DNA of 64,000 bases from an uncultured delta proteobacterium (GTDB taxonomy: Bacteria > Myxococcota > Myxococcia > Myxococcales > Anaeromyxobacteraceae), in the NCBI GenBank assembly GCA_963814585.1, contig CAWFDF010000009.1:192001-256000 (forward strand), in the 5' to 3' direction. Numbering within the stretch: the first letter of the stretch is position 1; each line of letters begins with the position of its first letter. Made by a program: the position numbers and the translations under genes. A model generated the notes under the pieces. The model was not told the DNA's origin. It searched no databases and saw only the letters and a list, made by a program, of their open reading frames with translations. This document shows, in pieces, positions 1 to 9,446 of the stretch.

Positions 1-663
1 GTGCGCGCCGAGGTACTCCTGGCAGACCGCCTCGAGCCGCTGCCAGGTGGGGGCCGCCGCGCCGAGCAGCTTGCCGGCGAGCGAGAGGGCCTCGTCGAGC
101 TTCTCCCGCCCCTCGGGCCGGACGGCCAGGGTGGTCCGCTCCCAGCGCTCCTCGTCCGCCTCGCCGCCGTCGTCGCCCAGCGCCTCCCGCACGCCGGCCG
201 CGAGCGACCGGACGGTCTCGACCCTGGCGCGCTCCACCCAGGCCGCCTCCGACTCGCCGCGGGCGACGGCGACGATGGTCTCGGCCTTGCGCGGGCTCAC
301 CGCGCCGGTGCGGACGGCCTGGCGCAGCAGCGGCCGCTCCGCGAGGTGGCGCGACAGCCGCTCGAGCTTCTGGGCGGTGCTGCCGGCGATGCCGAGCCGC
401 TCGCGCGCGTAGTCGCCGAGGCAGGAGAAGCCGAGGCGCAGGAGCCGGTCGCCGACGGTGAGCGAGGCCAGGCCGTCGCCCACCGCCAGGTCGATGGCGC
501 CGCGGCCGCGCGCCACCCGGACCAGCAGGCCGTCGAGCAGGAAGGCGGCCTCGTCGCGCAGCACCCCCCCGAGCTCGTGGGGCATGAGCGGCTCGAGCGT
601 GCGGGCCACGCCGGCGATCGACTCGAGGTCGTCGCCCGGCGGGAGGTGGAGTGCTCGGCTCAT
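1..663 (-). CDS. N-terminal part of a DUF222/HNH-endonuclease-like protein (runs off the window start)
   Basis: Manually translated open frame from ATG 663: MSRALHLPPGDD...LLRLGFSCLGDYARERLGI...ERPLLRQAVRTGAVSPRKAETIV...WQRLEAVCQEYLGAH. Resembles the multicopy HNH/DUF222-like family of Anaeromyxobacter. The HNH motif would lie outside the window. Confidence 0.6.
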   Translation of the reverse strand, partial: MSRALHLPPGDDLESIAGVARTLEPLMPHELGGVLRDEAAFLLDGLLVRVARGRGAIDLAVGDGLASLTVGDRLLRLGFSCLGDYARERLGIAGSTAQKLERLSRHLAERPLLRQAVRTGAVSPRKAETIVAVARGESEAAWVERARVETVRSLAAGVREALGDDGGEADEERWERTTLAVRPEGREKLDEALSLAGKLLGAAAPTWQRLEAVCQEYLGAH

Positions 664-765
664 GCATCGAGCAATTATCACCAAGCGCGGTACCTGAACA
701 GATGTATCGTACAGGGGCCCCAAGAGGGGCGGAACCTGCTGGCGCGGCCGGCCCACGGGGCGACA

Positions 766-807
766 CGGATCCAGCAGCTCACCGGCGCACGACGACAGCC
801 GTCTCAG
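766..807 (+). repeat. Decayed copy of the hicB 3' end (direct repeat of 1800-1841)
   Basis: 35/42 identities, including an exact 15-mer cggatccagcagctc. Encodes RIQQLTGARRQ versus hicB RIQQLAGARR*. Confidence 0.8.
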
Positions 808-856
808 CACTGCGCGTTCCTCTCGTCCGGCTCGGCTGGGCGAGGTGTTTCGCGGC

Positions 857-865
857 TGGTAAAAT
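857..865 (+). promoter_or_regulatory. Extended -10 promoter (TGg-TAAAAT), probably leaderless
   Basis: TAAAAT at 860-865, 7 nt before ATG 873, with no SD. Confidence 0.55.
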
Positions 866-872
866 CGAACAG

Positions 873-1160
873 ATGGTCCTGGCCCCCACCACCTTGATTC
901 CGCTGGCTCGCAAGTACCTGTGGTGGAAGTCACCTGAAGAGGCGGTCGCCTCCCCGGAGCGGTTGATCGCCCAGGTCATGGACATCGGCGACTTCGCGGA
1001 CGTCTCGGCGCTGGCAGCACAGGTCGGGGATGAGGTCTTGCGCGACGTGCTGCTGCACGGCGAGGCCGGCCAGGTCAGCGATCGCTCCTGGACCTACTGG
1101 CACTACCGGCTCGGACTCGCCAGGGTCGGCGAGCGGCGCGCCCTCACCATTACTGTCTAG
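873..1160 (+). CDS. Small protein of the type usually found upstream of AbiEii/AbiGii nucleotidyltransferase toxins; orphan, C-terminus possibly truncated
   Basis: ARKYLWWKSPEEA...RLIAQVMDIGDFADV...AGQVSDRSWTYWHYRLG. No nucleotidyltransferase follows. Confidence 0.55.
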   Translation: MVLAPTTLIPLARKYLWWKSPEEAVASPERLIAQVMDIGDFADVSALAAQVGDEVLRDVLLHGEAGQVSDRSWTYWHYRLGLARVGERRALTITV

Positions 1161-1194
1161 TCGCCTTGACAGTTCGGTCGCATGGGGATAGCGT
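1152..1194 (+). promoter_or_regulatory. hicAB sigma70 promoter with overlapping palindromic operator
   Basis: TTGACA 1166-1171, 17-bp spacer, TAGCGT 1189-1194, ATG at 1202. Inverted repeat ACTGTCTAG-tcgc-CTTGACAGT (8/9) at 1152-1173 covers the -35. Confidence 0.7.
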
Positions 1195-1201
1195 CCATGC
1201 C

Positions 1202-1423
1202 ATGAAGGCGCGAGAGATGCTGACCATCCTGCGCCGGCTTGGGGCCACCGAGCGGCCCGGCAGGGGCTCGCACATTCGCTTCACCATCGGCGCCTGCAAC
1301 ACCACGGTGCCGAACCACAAGGGCGAGGACCTGAAGACCGGGACGCTCCACGCCATCGAGGCCAGCCTCGAGCCCTGCCTGGGCAAGGACTGGCTCAAGA
1401 AGATCATCCGGGAGGGGAAGTAG
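1202..1423 (+). CDS. hicA: HicA family mRNA interferase toxin
   Basis: 73 aa with GSH motif and TTVPNH...LKTGTLHAI; upstream of hicB. Confidence 0.9.
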   Translation: MKAREMLTILRRLGATERPGRGSHIRFTIGACNTTVPNHKGEDLKTGTLHAIEASLEPCLGKDWLKKIIREGK

Positions 1424-1433
1424 GAGGCACACG

Positions 1434-1832
1434 ATGAAGTCCAGGAGCTACACCGTTCGCTACGAGAAGGACCCGTCGGGTTGGTGGATCGTCACGGTGC
1501 CCGAGGTCCAGGGGTGCCTGACGCAGGGCCGCAGCCTGGCCGAGGGTCGGAGGCGAATTCGCGAGGCGCTGGCCCTCTTCGTCGATGAGGCTGCAGCCGC
1601 TCGCGCGGAGCTGGTGGACGACATCCGCCTGCCGGCCCGGACCAGCGCCGTGGTCCGCAAGGCCGCCTCGGCTCGCGGCCAGCTCGACCGGGTCCAGGCC
1701 GAGGCGATGAAGGCCACGGCCACCGCCGCCACCCTGCTCACGCGGAAGTTCGGACTATCAGTGCGCGATGCCGCCGAGCTGCTCGGGGTCTCCTACCAGC
1801 GGATCCAGCAGCTCGCTGGCGCACGGCGATAG
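1434..1832 (+). CDS. hicB: HicB family antitoxin with C-terminal HTH
   Basis: WIVTVPEVQGCLTQGRSLAEGRRRIREAL; LSVRDAAELLGVSYQRIQQL; SD aggagg. Confidence 0.9.
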   Translation: MKSRSYTVRYEKDPSGWWIVTVPEVQGCLTQGRSLAEGRRRIREALALFVDEAAAARAELVDDIRLPARTSAVVRKAASARGQLDRVQAEAMKATATAATLLTRKFGLSVRDAAELLGVSYQRIQQLAGARR

Positions 1833-1887
1833 CTGCGTCAGGTTGGTCGAAGGTGCGGGCGCCGGCTGCACTCTCGAACCTGGCAGC
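1832..1887. terminator. Long imperfect hairpin between convergent hicB and the nucleotidyltransferase gene
   Basis: gctgc(gt)caggtt...aacctggcagc outer stem plus an inner cga..gtgc/gcac..tcg stem. No U-tract. Confidence 0.35.
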
Positions 1888-1965
1888 GCAGAGGGCGCGG
1901 ACGGGGGAGGTCGTGGGGGCCGCGTCCCTACCTACTGAAGATCGACAGCCGTGGGGCGGGCGGGA

Positions 1966-3118
1966 TCAGCGCCCGGTGAGCACCTTCCACGCCGCGCTGA
2001 TGGGCCGCCACAGGTAGGAGAGCGCCAGCAGCACCGGCCGCCCCTCGACGCCGTACCGCTTCGCCATGTAGCTGCGGGCGGGGAAGAGGCAGCGAGACCC
2101 CGTTGCAGGCGCAGGGCCCTGACCCGGTCCACGAGCGCCGCCCGGCTGGCGGCGAGCGGCGCGCCCAGGCGCGTGGCGAGCATCCACCACGGCGCCAGGG
2201 CCACCTCCGCCCCACGCCCGCGGAGCAGGCCCGGCCTCGCCACGGCCCTTCGCGTCTCCTCGACCAGGAGCGCGGACCTGCCCACGGTGGGCCCGTAGCT
2301 CGCCTGCGCCCGCTCCAGCGAGGCGCCGAGCGCCAGCAGCACGTGGACGTCGGCGACGTGGCGCGGGAGGAGCCACGGCGTGGACTGGTGGCTGCTCGAG
2401 GACGTGGTCGCAGAGGATCCCGAGCTGATCGTCCAGGCCGGGCGTCACCACGCCGCTCACCTTCGAGGTGACGGCGCTCGCTCCAGAGCCGCCCGGCGCG
2501 GCGCCGTCGCTCCCTCCGGGAAGCCGGTGGTGGAGCTCCACCAGACGCCGTGAAGCTCCACGGGCCGACAGGTGGTGATGCCTGGGCCGTCTCGCCCGGC
2601 GCGACGATCGAGCGACCGACCGTCGAAGCCGATGGGGTGCCTCTCGCCGCCGAAGCCCGGCCCCGAGGAGCACCTCCCGCGCGGCCTGGGCCCGCCCCGG
2701 CTCGACGAGGAGGTCCACGTCGGTCTGCTGGCGCACGGCGTGGTAGGCGGGCGCGCCGAGCGCGAAGGCCGCCCCCTTGATGGCGAGCGTGGCCAGGCCC
2801 GCCTCGGCGAGGCAGCGCTGGGCCCGCGCCGCGACGCTGGCGAAGAGGGCGTTCTGGGCGATGGTGTGGGCCGCCTCGGCGGCGAGCCGCTCCAGGACCT
2901 CCCCGGGGACCGAGCCCGAGACGCCGGCGTCGTGGACGGCGGCGTGGACCATGGCGCCGAGGCCAAGCGATTGGGCCTGGGAGATGGATCGCGGCCCAGT
3001 CGAGGCCGCGCCGTGACAGGTCCCGGAGGCGCTCCACGTCCAGGCCACCGTGGAAGAGCGTCCCGAGGAGGAAGGCGCGCTCGGGGCCGCGCAGCGACGA
3101 CCGGCGCGAAGGACTCAC
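1966..3118 (-). CDS. Nucleotidyltransferase family protein (NTP_transf_5-like), several frameshifts
   Basis: LDWAAI...LGLGAMVH; TLAIKGAAF...RQQTDVDLLV; LVELHHRL. Start (GTG 3118) approximate. Confidence 0.7.
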
Positions 3119-3299
3119 CGGCGCACTCGCGGGGCGTGGTGCGCGGCTCGTGGCGCAGGCGGCGCGACGGCGAGCCGCGATGGGAGTCGAGGAGCCGCAT
3201 CCGCCACCACGGTACCCGGAACGGCGGCCCGGGCGAAGTCGCGCCGGCGACTCCTCGAGCTGGGTCCTTCCGACCGACCCAGGCCCAGGCGACCGGGTC

Positions 3300-3545
3300 C
3301 CAGGTGCCATCGACCCTTCCCTCCAGGCGATCCAGCGCCTTCGCCACCTGCTCACACTGGCAGGGGCGGACGCGGCCGACGAAGCTCCTGGGGTGGCGGG
3401 TCTTCACGACCGCCTCGTCGTCCACCGAGAGCGCCTCGAAGAGCTTCTCGCCGGGGCGGATCCCGGTGAACCGGAGCTCGACGTCGTCGCCGGGCCCGAC
3501 GCCGGAGAGGGTGAGGAGGTCGCGGCCCAGATCGACTCCCAGCAC
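3300..3545 (-). pseudogene. C-terminal remnant of a CapD/WbpM/PglF-like nucleoside-diphosphate sugar 4,6-dehydratase
   Basis: DLGRDLLTLSGVGPGDDVELRFTGIRPGEKLFEAL..KTRHPRSF is the signature C-terminus of this family. No room for the N-terminal majority before wbpA starts on the other strand. Confidence 0.7.
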
Positions 3546-3621
3546 AGGTCAGCGATGAACCTTCCTCGACCAGCGCTCGGGCACTAGAGTGACCGCTGCA
3601 CACACCGCCTTGGGGGCAGGG

Positions 3622-4945
3622 ATGAGCGAGTTGCTGACGAGCATCAAGGGCCGCACCGCCCGCATCGGCGTCATCGGGCAGGGCTACGTCGGCCTGCCGC
3701 TGGCGCTGGTCTTCTGCGAGGCGGGCTTTCCCGTCACCGGCTTCGACCTCGACCCGGTCAAGGTGGCGGCGCTGAACCGAGGCGAGTCGTACATCCAGCA
3801 CATCGGGCCGGAGCGGGTGAAGAAGGCGGTGAGCCGGCGGCCGGTTCACGGCCACCACCGACCTGGACGGGCTGCGCGAGTGCGACGCCGTCATCATCTG
3901 CGTGCCGACCCCGCTCGGCCCGCACCGCGAGCCAGACAACTCCTACATCCACCGGACCGCCGAGGAGATCGCCCGGCGGCTGCGGCCGGGACAGCTGGTC
4001 ATCCTGGAGTCGACCACCTACCCGGGCACCACCGACGGCGAGGTGCTGCCGATCCTGAAGAAGAGCGGCCTGCGCTGCCCCGAGGACTTCCTGCTGGCCT
4101 TCTCGCCGGAGCGCGAGGACCCGGGGCGCAAGGACTTCACGACCCGGTCCATCCCCAAGGTGGTGGGCGGCGTCAACGCCGCGTCCACCGAGGCGGCGGT
4201 GGCGCTCTACACGGCGGGGCTCGACCAGGTGGTGGCGGTGTCGTCGTCGCGGGTGGCCGAGTCCTCCAAGCTGCTGGAGAACATCTTCCGGTCGGTGAAC
4301 ATCGCGCTGGTGAACGAGCTGAAGGTGATCCTGGACAAGATGGGCATCGACGTCTGGGAGGTGATCGCGGCGGCCAGCACGAAGCCGTTCGGCTACATGC
4401 CGTTCTACCCGGGGCCGGGCCTGGGCGGGCACTGCATCCCGCTCGATCCCTTCTACCTCTCCTGGAAGGCGGCCGAGCACGGCGAGTGGGCGCGCTTCAT
4501 CGAGCTGGCGGGGGAGATCAACACGCGCATGCCGCGCTACGTGGTGGACAAGGTGATGCACGCCCTCAACGAGGACGGCAAGGCGCTCAAGGGCTCGCGG
4601 GTGCTGGTGCTCGGCCTGGCCTACAAGGCCAACGTGGACGACGACCGGGAGTCGCCGTCGTACGAGATCCTGGAGCTGCTCCAGGAGCTGGGGGCGCGGA
4701 TCGACTACTGCGATCCGCACTTCCCGGCGACGCGCAAGGGGCGGCACCACGACCTGTCGCTCGAGTCCGTCCCGTGCGACGCCGCGACCTTCGGCCGCTA
4801 CGACGCGGTGGTGGTCTCGACGGCGCACGAGGCGTTCAAGAAGGCGGAGCTCTGGGGTGGCGTGAAGCTGGCGATCGACGCCCGCAACCTGGTGGCGCCG
4901 CTCTTCGCCGGGCGGGCCCTGCCCTGCCGGCTGGTGAAGGCCTAG
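3622..4945 (+). CDS. wbpA: UDP-N-acetylglucosamine 6-dehydrogenase (WbpA/TviB family), frameshift near 3840
   Basis: IGQGYVGLPLA; ESTTYPGTT; FSPERED; PGPGLGGHCIPLDPFYL; AYKANVDDDRESP. Confidence 0.88.
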
Positions 4946-5965
4946 ATGACCGCGCCGTGGGAGGCGGCCGTCGCCAGGCGGAAGGCGACCTGGCTGGTGA
5001 CCGGGGGGGCGGGGTTCATCGGCTCGCACCTGGTGGAGCACCTGCTGCGGCTGGGGCAGCGGGTGCGGGTGCTGGACAGCTTCGCCACCGGCCACCGCTC
5101 CAACCTGGAGGCGGCCGCCGGGGCGCACCAGGCCAACCTGGAGGTGATCGAGGGTGACATCCGGGATCCGGCGGCCTGCGAAGCCGCCTGCCGGGGCGTG
5201 GAGCTGATCCTCCACCAGGCGGCGCTCGGCTCGGTCCCGCGCTCCATCCTGGACCCGCTGGCGAGCCACGAGGTGAACGTCACGGGCTTTCTGAACGTGC
5301 TGCAGGCGGCGCGCGGGGCCGGGATCAAGCGGGTGGTCTACGCCAGCTCCAGCTCGGTCTACGGGGATCACCCGACGCTGCCCAAGGTGGAGGACCAGGT
5401 GGGGCGGCAGCTCTCGCCCTATGCGGTGACCAAGTACGCCGACGAGCTCTACGCGCACGTCTTCGGCGCGGCCTACGGGCTGGAGCTGCTGGGGCTGCGC
5501 TACTTCAACGTGTTCGGCCCCCGGCAGGACCCCGAGGGGCCCTACGCGGCGGTGATCCCGATCTGGTTCCGGTGCCTGTACCAGGGCGAGCCGGCCTACG
5601 TGAACGGCGACGGGGAGACGAGCCGGGACTTCTGCTACGTGGACAACGTGGTGCAGGCCAACCTGCTGGCGGCGACGACGACGAGGCCCGAGGCGATCGG
5701 ACAGGTCTACAACGTGGCCTTCGGCGAGCAGACGACGCTGGCGCGGCTCTTCCTGCTGATGCGGGGCGAGGTGGCGCGGGTGCGACCCGAGGCCGCCAGG
5801 CTCGAGCTGAGCCACCGGCCGTTCCGCGACGGAGACATCCGCCACTCGCTGGCCGACATCGGGAGGGCGCGGAGGCTGCTCGGCTACGAGCCGACGGTGT
5901 CGGTGGGCGAGGGGATCGCGCGCGCCACCGCGTCGTACGCGCCGGCCCCTACCTCTTCAGCCTGA
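4946..5965 (+). CDS. wbpP: UDP-GlcNAc(A) 4-epimerase (WbpP/TviC family SDR)
   Basis: TGGAGFIGS; HQAALGSVPRS; SPYAVTK; LRYFNVFGPRQDP; DIRHSLADI. Confidence 0.9.
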   Translation: MTAPWEAAVARRKATWLVTGGAGFIGSHLVEHLLRLGQRVRVLDSFATGHRSNLEAAAGAHQANLEVIEGDIRDPAACEAACRGVELILHQAALGSVPRSILDPLASHEVNVTGFLNVLQAARGAGIKRVVYASSSSVYGDHPTLPKVEDQVGRQLSPYAVTKYADELYAHVFGAAYGLELLGLRYFNVFGPRQDPEGPYAAVIPIWFRCLYQGEPAYVNGDGETSRDFCYVDNVVQANLLAATTTRPEAIGQVYNVAFGEQTTLARLFLLMRGEVARVRPEAARLELSHRPFRDGDIRHSLADIGRARRLLGYEPTVSVGEGIARATASYAPAPTSSA

Positions 5966-6047
5966 CCACGTTCCCGGCCTGCTGCTCCGCCGCCGCGCTC
6001 TCGAGGCGGTCGTCTCCCGGCCACTCGGGGACGAGGCCGAGGCGGGC
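5942..6047. repeat. Second copy of the wecA-like gene 3' end: 67-bp perfect repeat of 7879-7945, plus a diverged block matching 8037-8083
   Basis: 5942-6008 is identical to 7879-7945. 6001-6047 matches 8037-8083 with few mismatches, implying a 99-bp deletion at the tcgagg microhomology. Confidence 0.95.
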
Positions 6048-6063
6048 GCACGCATAAGGGTTC

Positions 6064-6603
6064 CTACTCCGGCCGGTCGAAGAGGCCATGGTGACGTGCC
6101 CATCAGGCAAACTCGCCGGCACTGACGGGGTACCGCCCTCCGGAGCGTATGAGCTCGTCTACCAGGCCCACCGATTCGGGCCCTGTCAACAGGCCATTCC
6201 GCACGCCGCGAGCGACGAGCGCGAGGGTCCGAACGACCTTGACTCCGCGCTCGCGGCCAACCTGGGCTGCGGTCTGGTCATCGGTGAACGCGACCGCGCC
6301 GTGCGCCTCGGCGAATGCCAGCACGGTAGCCTCACCGACGTCGTGCCTTCCTGACCCAAGGCGCCGGGCGTACTGGCCGAAGAGGAAGAGCTCGTGCAAG
6401 TCGTCGAGCGGCTCGACCCGGAGCCAGGGCAGGTCGATGGCGTCCTGGAGCTCGGGGTATTCCCGAAGTCCCGCTCGAAGCTCATCGACGACGGCGGTCG
6501 TCGTGACACGCTCGTCATTCGCTGCGAGGCGGTCGAGCATTCGCAGCTGCCTCGCCCTGGCGAAGGCGCTCAGCGGCGCGCTGTCGAAGACGAGTACGGC
6601 CAT
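6064..6603 (-). CDS. PIN-domain protein (DUF3368-like putative toxin); in-frame TGA at 6103-6105, frame continues to TAG at 6064
   Basis: VLVFDSAPLS...GEATVLAFAE...FTDDQTA..GVKVVRTL acidic PIN pattern. After the TGA the frame reads WARHHGLFDRPE*. Confidence 0.75.
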
Positions 6604-6605
6604 CG

Positions 6606-7722
6606 TCAGTCGAGCTCGAACTGTGCTCGCATCGACTCAAGCGGCACGTGGTCCTCTGGCGGGAGATCCTGTGCCGAGACCGCGCCGTGGAGCAGGTCGA
6701 GCGTGCGGCCGCGACCGAGCTTGTGGCGCCTGAACGCCCGGATGACGGCCTGTGCGTAGCGTGGCGGCACCGCCGGCGCCGACAGCTCCTCCCGGATGGT
6801 GACCCCGCCTTCCAGGTAGTCGGCCCTGGTGGGCGCGTCGGAACGCAGTCGATCGTGGGCGTTCGCGTCGATGAGGTCGAGGTTCCGCAGGTGTCCCAGG
6901 ACCGCGGTCCAGCTCACGCCGAATTCGGACCCGAGCGCGAGGGCTGCAGGGCGCGGCTCTCGCCGGCCGTCGAGCTCGAGCCACCTGGCTGGCACATGCC
7001 TCTCGGGGCATGAGGAAGTGGATCACGAAGGCGTTGATGAGCCGCTCCCGCCCGTCCGGGTCGGGACCGACGATCCACTCGTCGGAGAAGTCGTCGGAGA
7101 AGACATGATGGCCGAGCTCGTGCGCCAGGGTGAAGCGCCGGCGGCCGGACGGCTTGGCGCCATTCACGACGGCGACGCCGCCTGCATCCAGTCGCAGGTA
7201 GGATCCGTCGAGGGACTCGTCCCGGAGGTCGATGCAGAAGGCGTAGCACCCGAGGCGCTCCGCCACGGCGAGGAGGTCCCAGACCGGGCCAGGCGAGAGG
7301 TCCAGGTGGTGCCGCAGGGTGCGCGCGGCCACCTCTGCGCTCTCGACCGAGTCCACGGCTGCCAGCCTGGGCGTGGGAGGTGGCGCGAGAAGGCCCAGTT
7401 CGGTGACCAGCTTCACGTCGTGGGCGAGCCCGTCCAACACGGCGTCGGCCCTCGACTCATCGGTGGTCTCGCGGCGCCTTCGCCTGCTCACCACGGCAGG
7501 GAGCGGGGGCGAGAGGAACCATTCGATGGACCGCTTGAGGACGCTCGCGATCCGGACCAGCTCCAGCGAGTCGAGCTTGCGCTCACCCGACTCCAGCTTG
7601 GTGATGGCCGTACGGTCGAGGTTCACCGCGGCTGCAAGGTCAGCCTGGCTCAGCCGCGCGACCTTTCGAGCCTCGGCGACCCTGGCCCCGAGCTCCTGCC
7701 AGCTCTTGAGTGCCTGTGCCAT
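6606..7722 (-). CDS. XRE-HTH + ImmA/IrrE Zn-metallopeptidase protein, frameshift near 7000
   Basis: LSQADLAAAVNLDRTAITKLESGER HTH; RRRFTLAHELGHH (HExxH); C-terminal part in ORF 6606-6995. Confidence 0.85.
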
Positions 7723-7728
7723 GGTGCG

Positions 7729-7737
7729 AAAATAGCA
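7729..7737 (-). promoter_or_regulatory. Extended -10 (TGc-TATTTT), leaderless
   Basis: 6 nt upstream of ATG 7722 on the minus strand. Confidence 0.5.
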
Positions 7738-7878
7738 CATGGCCTGGGACCGAACGGAGGTGAACATGCGTACAGTCTACGCACCTCCCTGACATTCCCC
7801 CGCCTTCGGGTCGGCCCCCCCGCCTCGCGCCCCCGGCCCGAGGATCCCGCCCGCGTCCACCCGGTCGCGCCCGCGTCC

Positions 7879-7945
7879 CCGGCCCCTACCTCTTCAGCCT
7901 GACCACGTTCCCGGCCTGCTGCTCCGCCGCCGCGCTCTCGAGGCG
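7879..7945. repeat. 67-bp direct repeat, copy containing the functional wecA-like stop
   Basis: Identical to 5942-6008. Confidence 0.95.
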
Positions 7946-9368
7946 ATCGAGCGCCGAGGAGACGTGCTCGCAGAGCAGCTCGACGCCGATCTCCACGTCG
8001 CGGTGGACGGTGAGGCGGCCGTCGGTCCAGGCGAGGTCGAGGTGGTCGTCTCCCGGCCGCTCGGGGATGAGGCCGTAGCGGGCCCGGAGCGCCCCGGACG
8101 GCAGGCCGGCCAGCCCCTCGCTCCAGGGGCCAGCTGTCGGCGCGATCCGCGAGGCGGCCGAGCGTGAGGCCGACGCCGGTGGCGCCGAAGACGCCGGCCG
8201 AGGCCCGGACCACCTCCCAGACCTCCAGCGGCGTGGCCGCCCGCTGCAGCTGCTCCCCGGCCCGGCGGACGGCGCCGCGCATGTCGAGGTTGAGCCTGCG
8301 GTCGAGCAGGGCCGCCTGGGCCTTGGCGAGGTCGATGAACCCGAGGGCGCGCAGGGCCACGAAGGAGAGGGCGGCGACCGCCAGCAGGACCACCGCGGCA
8401 GCGGCGCCGTTGGTGAAGCTGACGGCCAGGGCCGCCGCGCCGAAGAGGGCGGCGCCGAGGTAGATGACCAGCACGGCCTGGCGGTGGCTCAGGCCGCGAT
8501 CCATGAGCCGGTGGTGGATGTGGCCGCGATCGGCCGAGAAGAGCGGCGCGCCGCGGAAGGCGCGGCGGCCCATGGCCAGGAGCGTGTCGGAGATGGGGAT
8601 GCCGAGCGCCAGGATGGGCACCACGATGGCCACGGTGGCGGCGGCCTTGCTGCTGGTCTTGAGCGAGGTGGCGGCGAGGACGAAGCCGAGGAACATGGAC
8701 CCGGTGTCGCCCATGAAGATGGTGGCGGGGTTGAAGTTGTAGAAGAGGAACCCGAGGACGGCGCCGCCCAGCGTGGCGGTGAAGAGGAGCATGAGCGGCT
8801 CGCCGCGGACCGCCGCCAGGGTGAAGATGGTGGCCACGGCGATGAGGGCGACGCCGCCGGCCAGGCCATCGAGCCCGTCGATGAGGTTCATGGCGTTGAT
8901 GACGCCGGCGAACCAGAGCATGGTGAAGGGGAGCGCGAAGACGCCGAGCTGGATGGCCGGGCCGAAGGGCTGGCTGATGTGGTCGATGCGGTAGCCGGCC
9001 CAGTACATGCCGGCGGCGACGGCGAACTGGACCAGGAACTTGGCCCGGGCGCCGCTGCCCTTGAGGTCGTCGAAGACGCCCAGCGCCGCGATGGCCGCCC
9101 CGCCGACGAAGAGGGCGAGCGCCGAGCGCGCATCGGACCAGAGCTGGCGGCCGGTGGCGCTGTTCACGAAGAAGAGGGCGGCGAGCGGGACGAAGAAGGC
9201 GACGACGATGGCGAGCCCACCGAGGCGAGGGATGGCCTTGCCGTGGGTCTTCCGCGACGAGAGCCCGTGATCGAGGAGCCTGAACCGCTGCGCCACCTCC
9301 CGCACGGCGGGCGTGAGGGCGGCGCCGACGAGCGTGGCGGAGACGAAGGCGACGGCGGCGGTTCTCAG
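7886..9368 (-). CDS. wecA: WecA/MraY-family undecaprenyl-phosphate GlcNAc-1-P transferase with C-terminal extension; frameshift near 8130
   Basis: IPRLGGLAI; NAMNLIDGLDGLA; YNFNPATIFMGDTGS; ADRGHIHHRL. Shifted frame ends ...GNVVRLKR* at 7886. SD ggaggg precedes CTG at 9368. Confidence 0.85.
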
Positions 9369-9446
9369 GCGGCTCCCTCCTGCGGGTGACTCGGACCCAC
9401 AGACTACCCGACCGACCGTGCGGGAATCCAATTCGCGGTGCCCACC

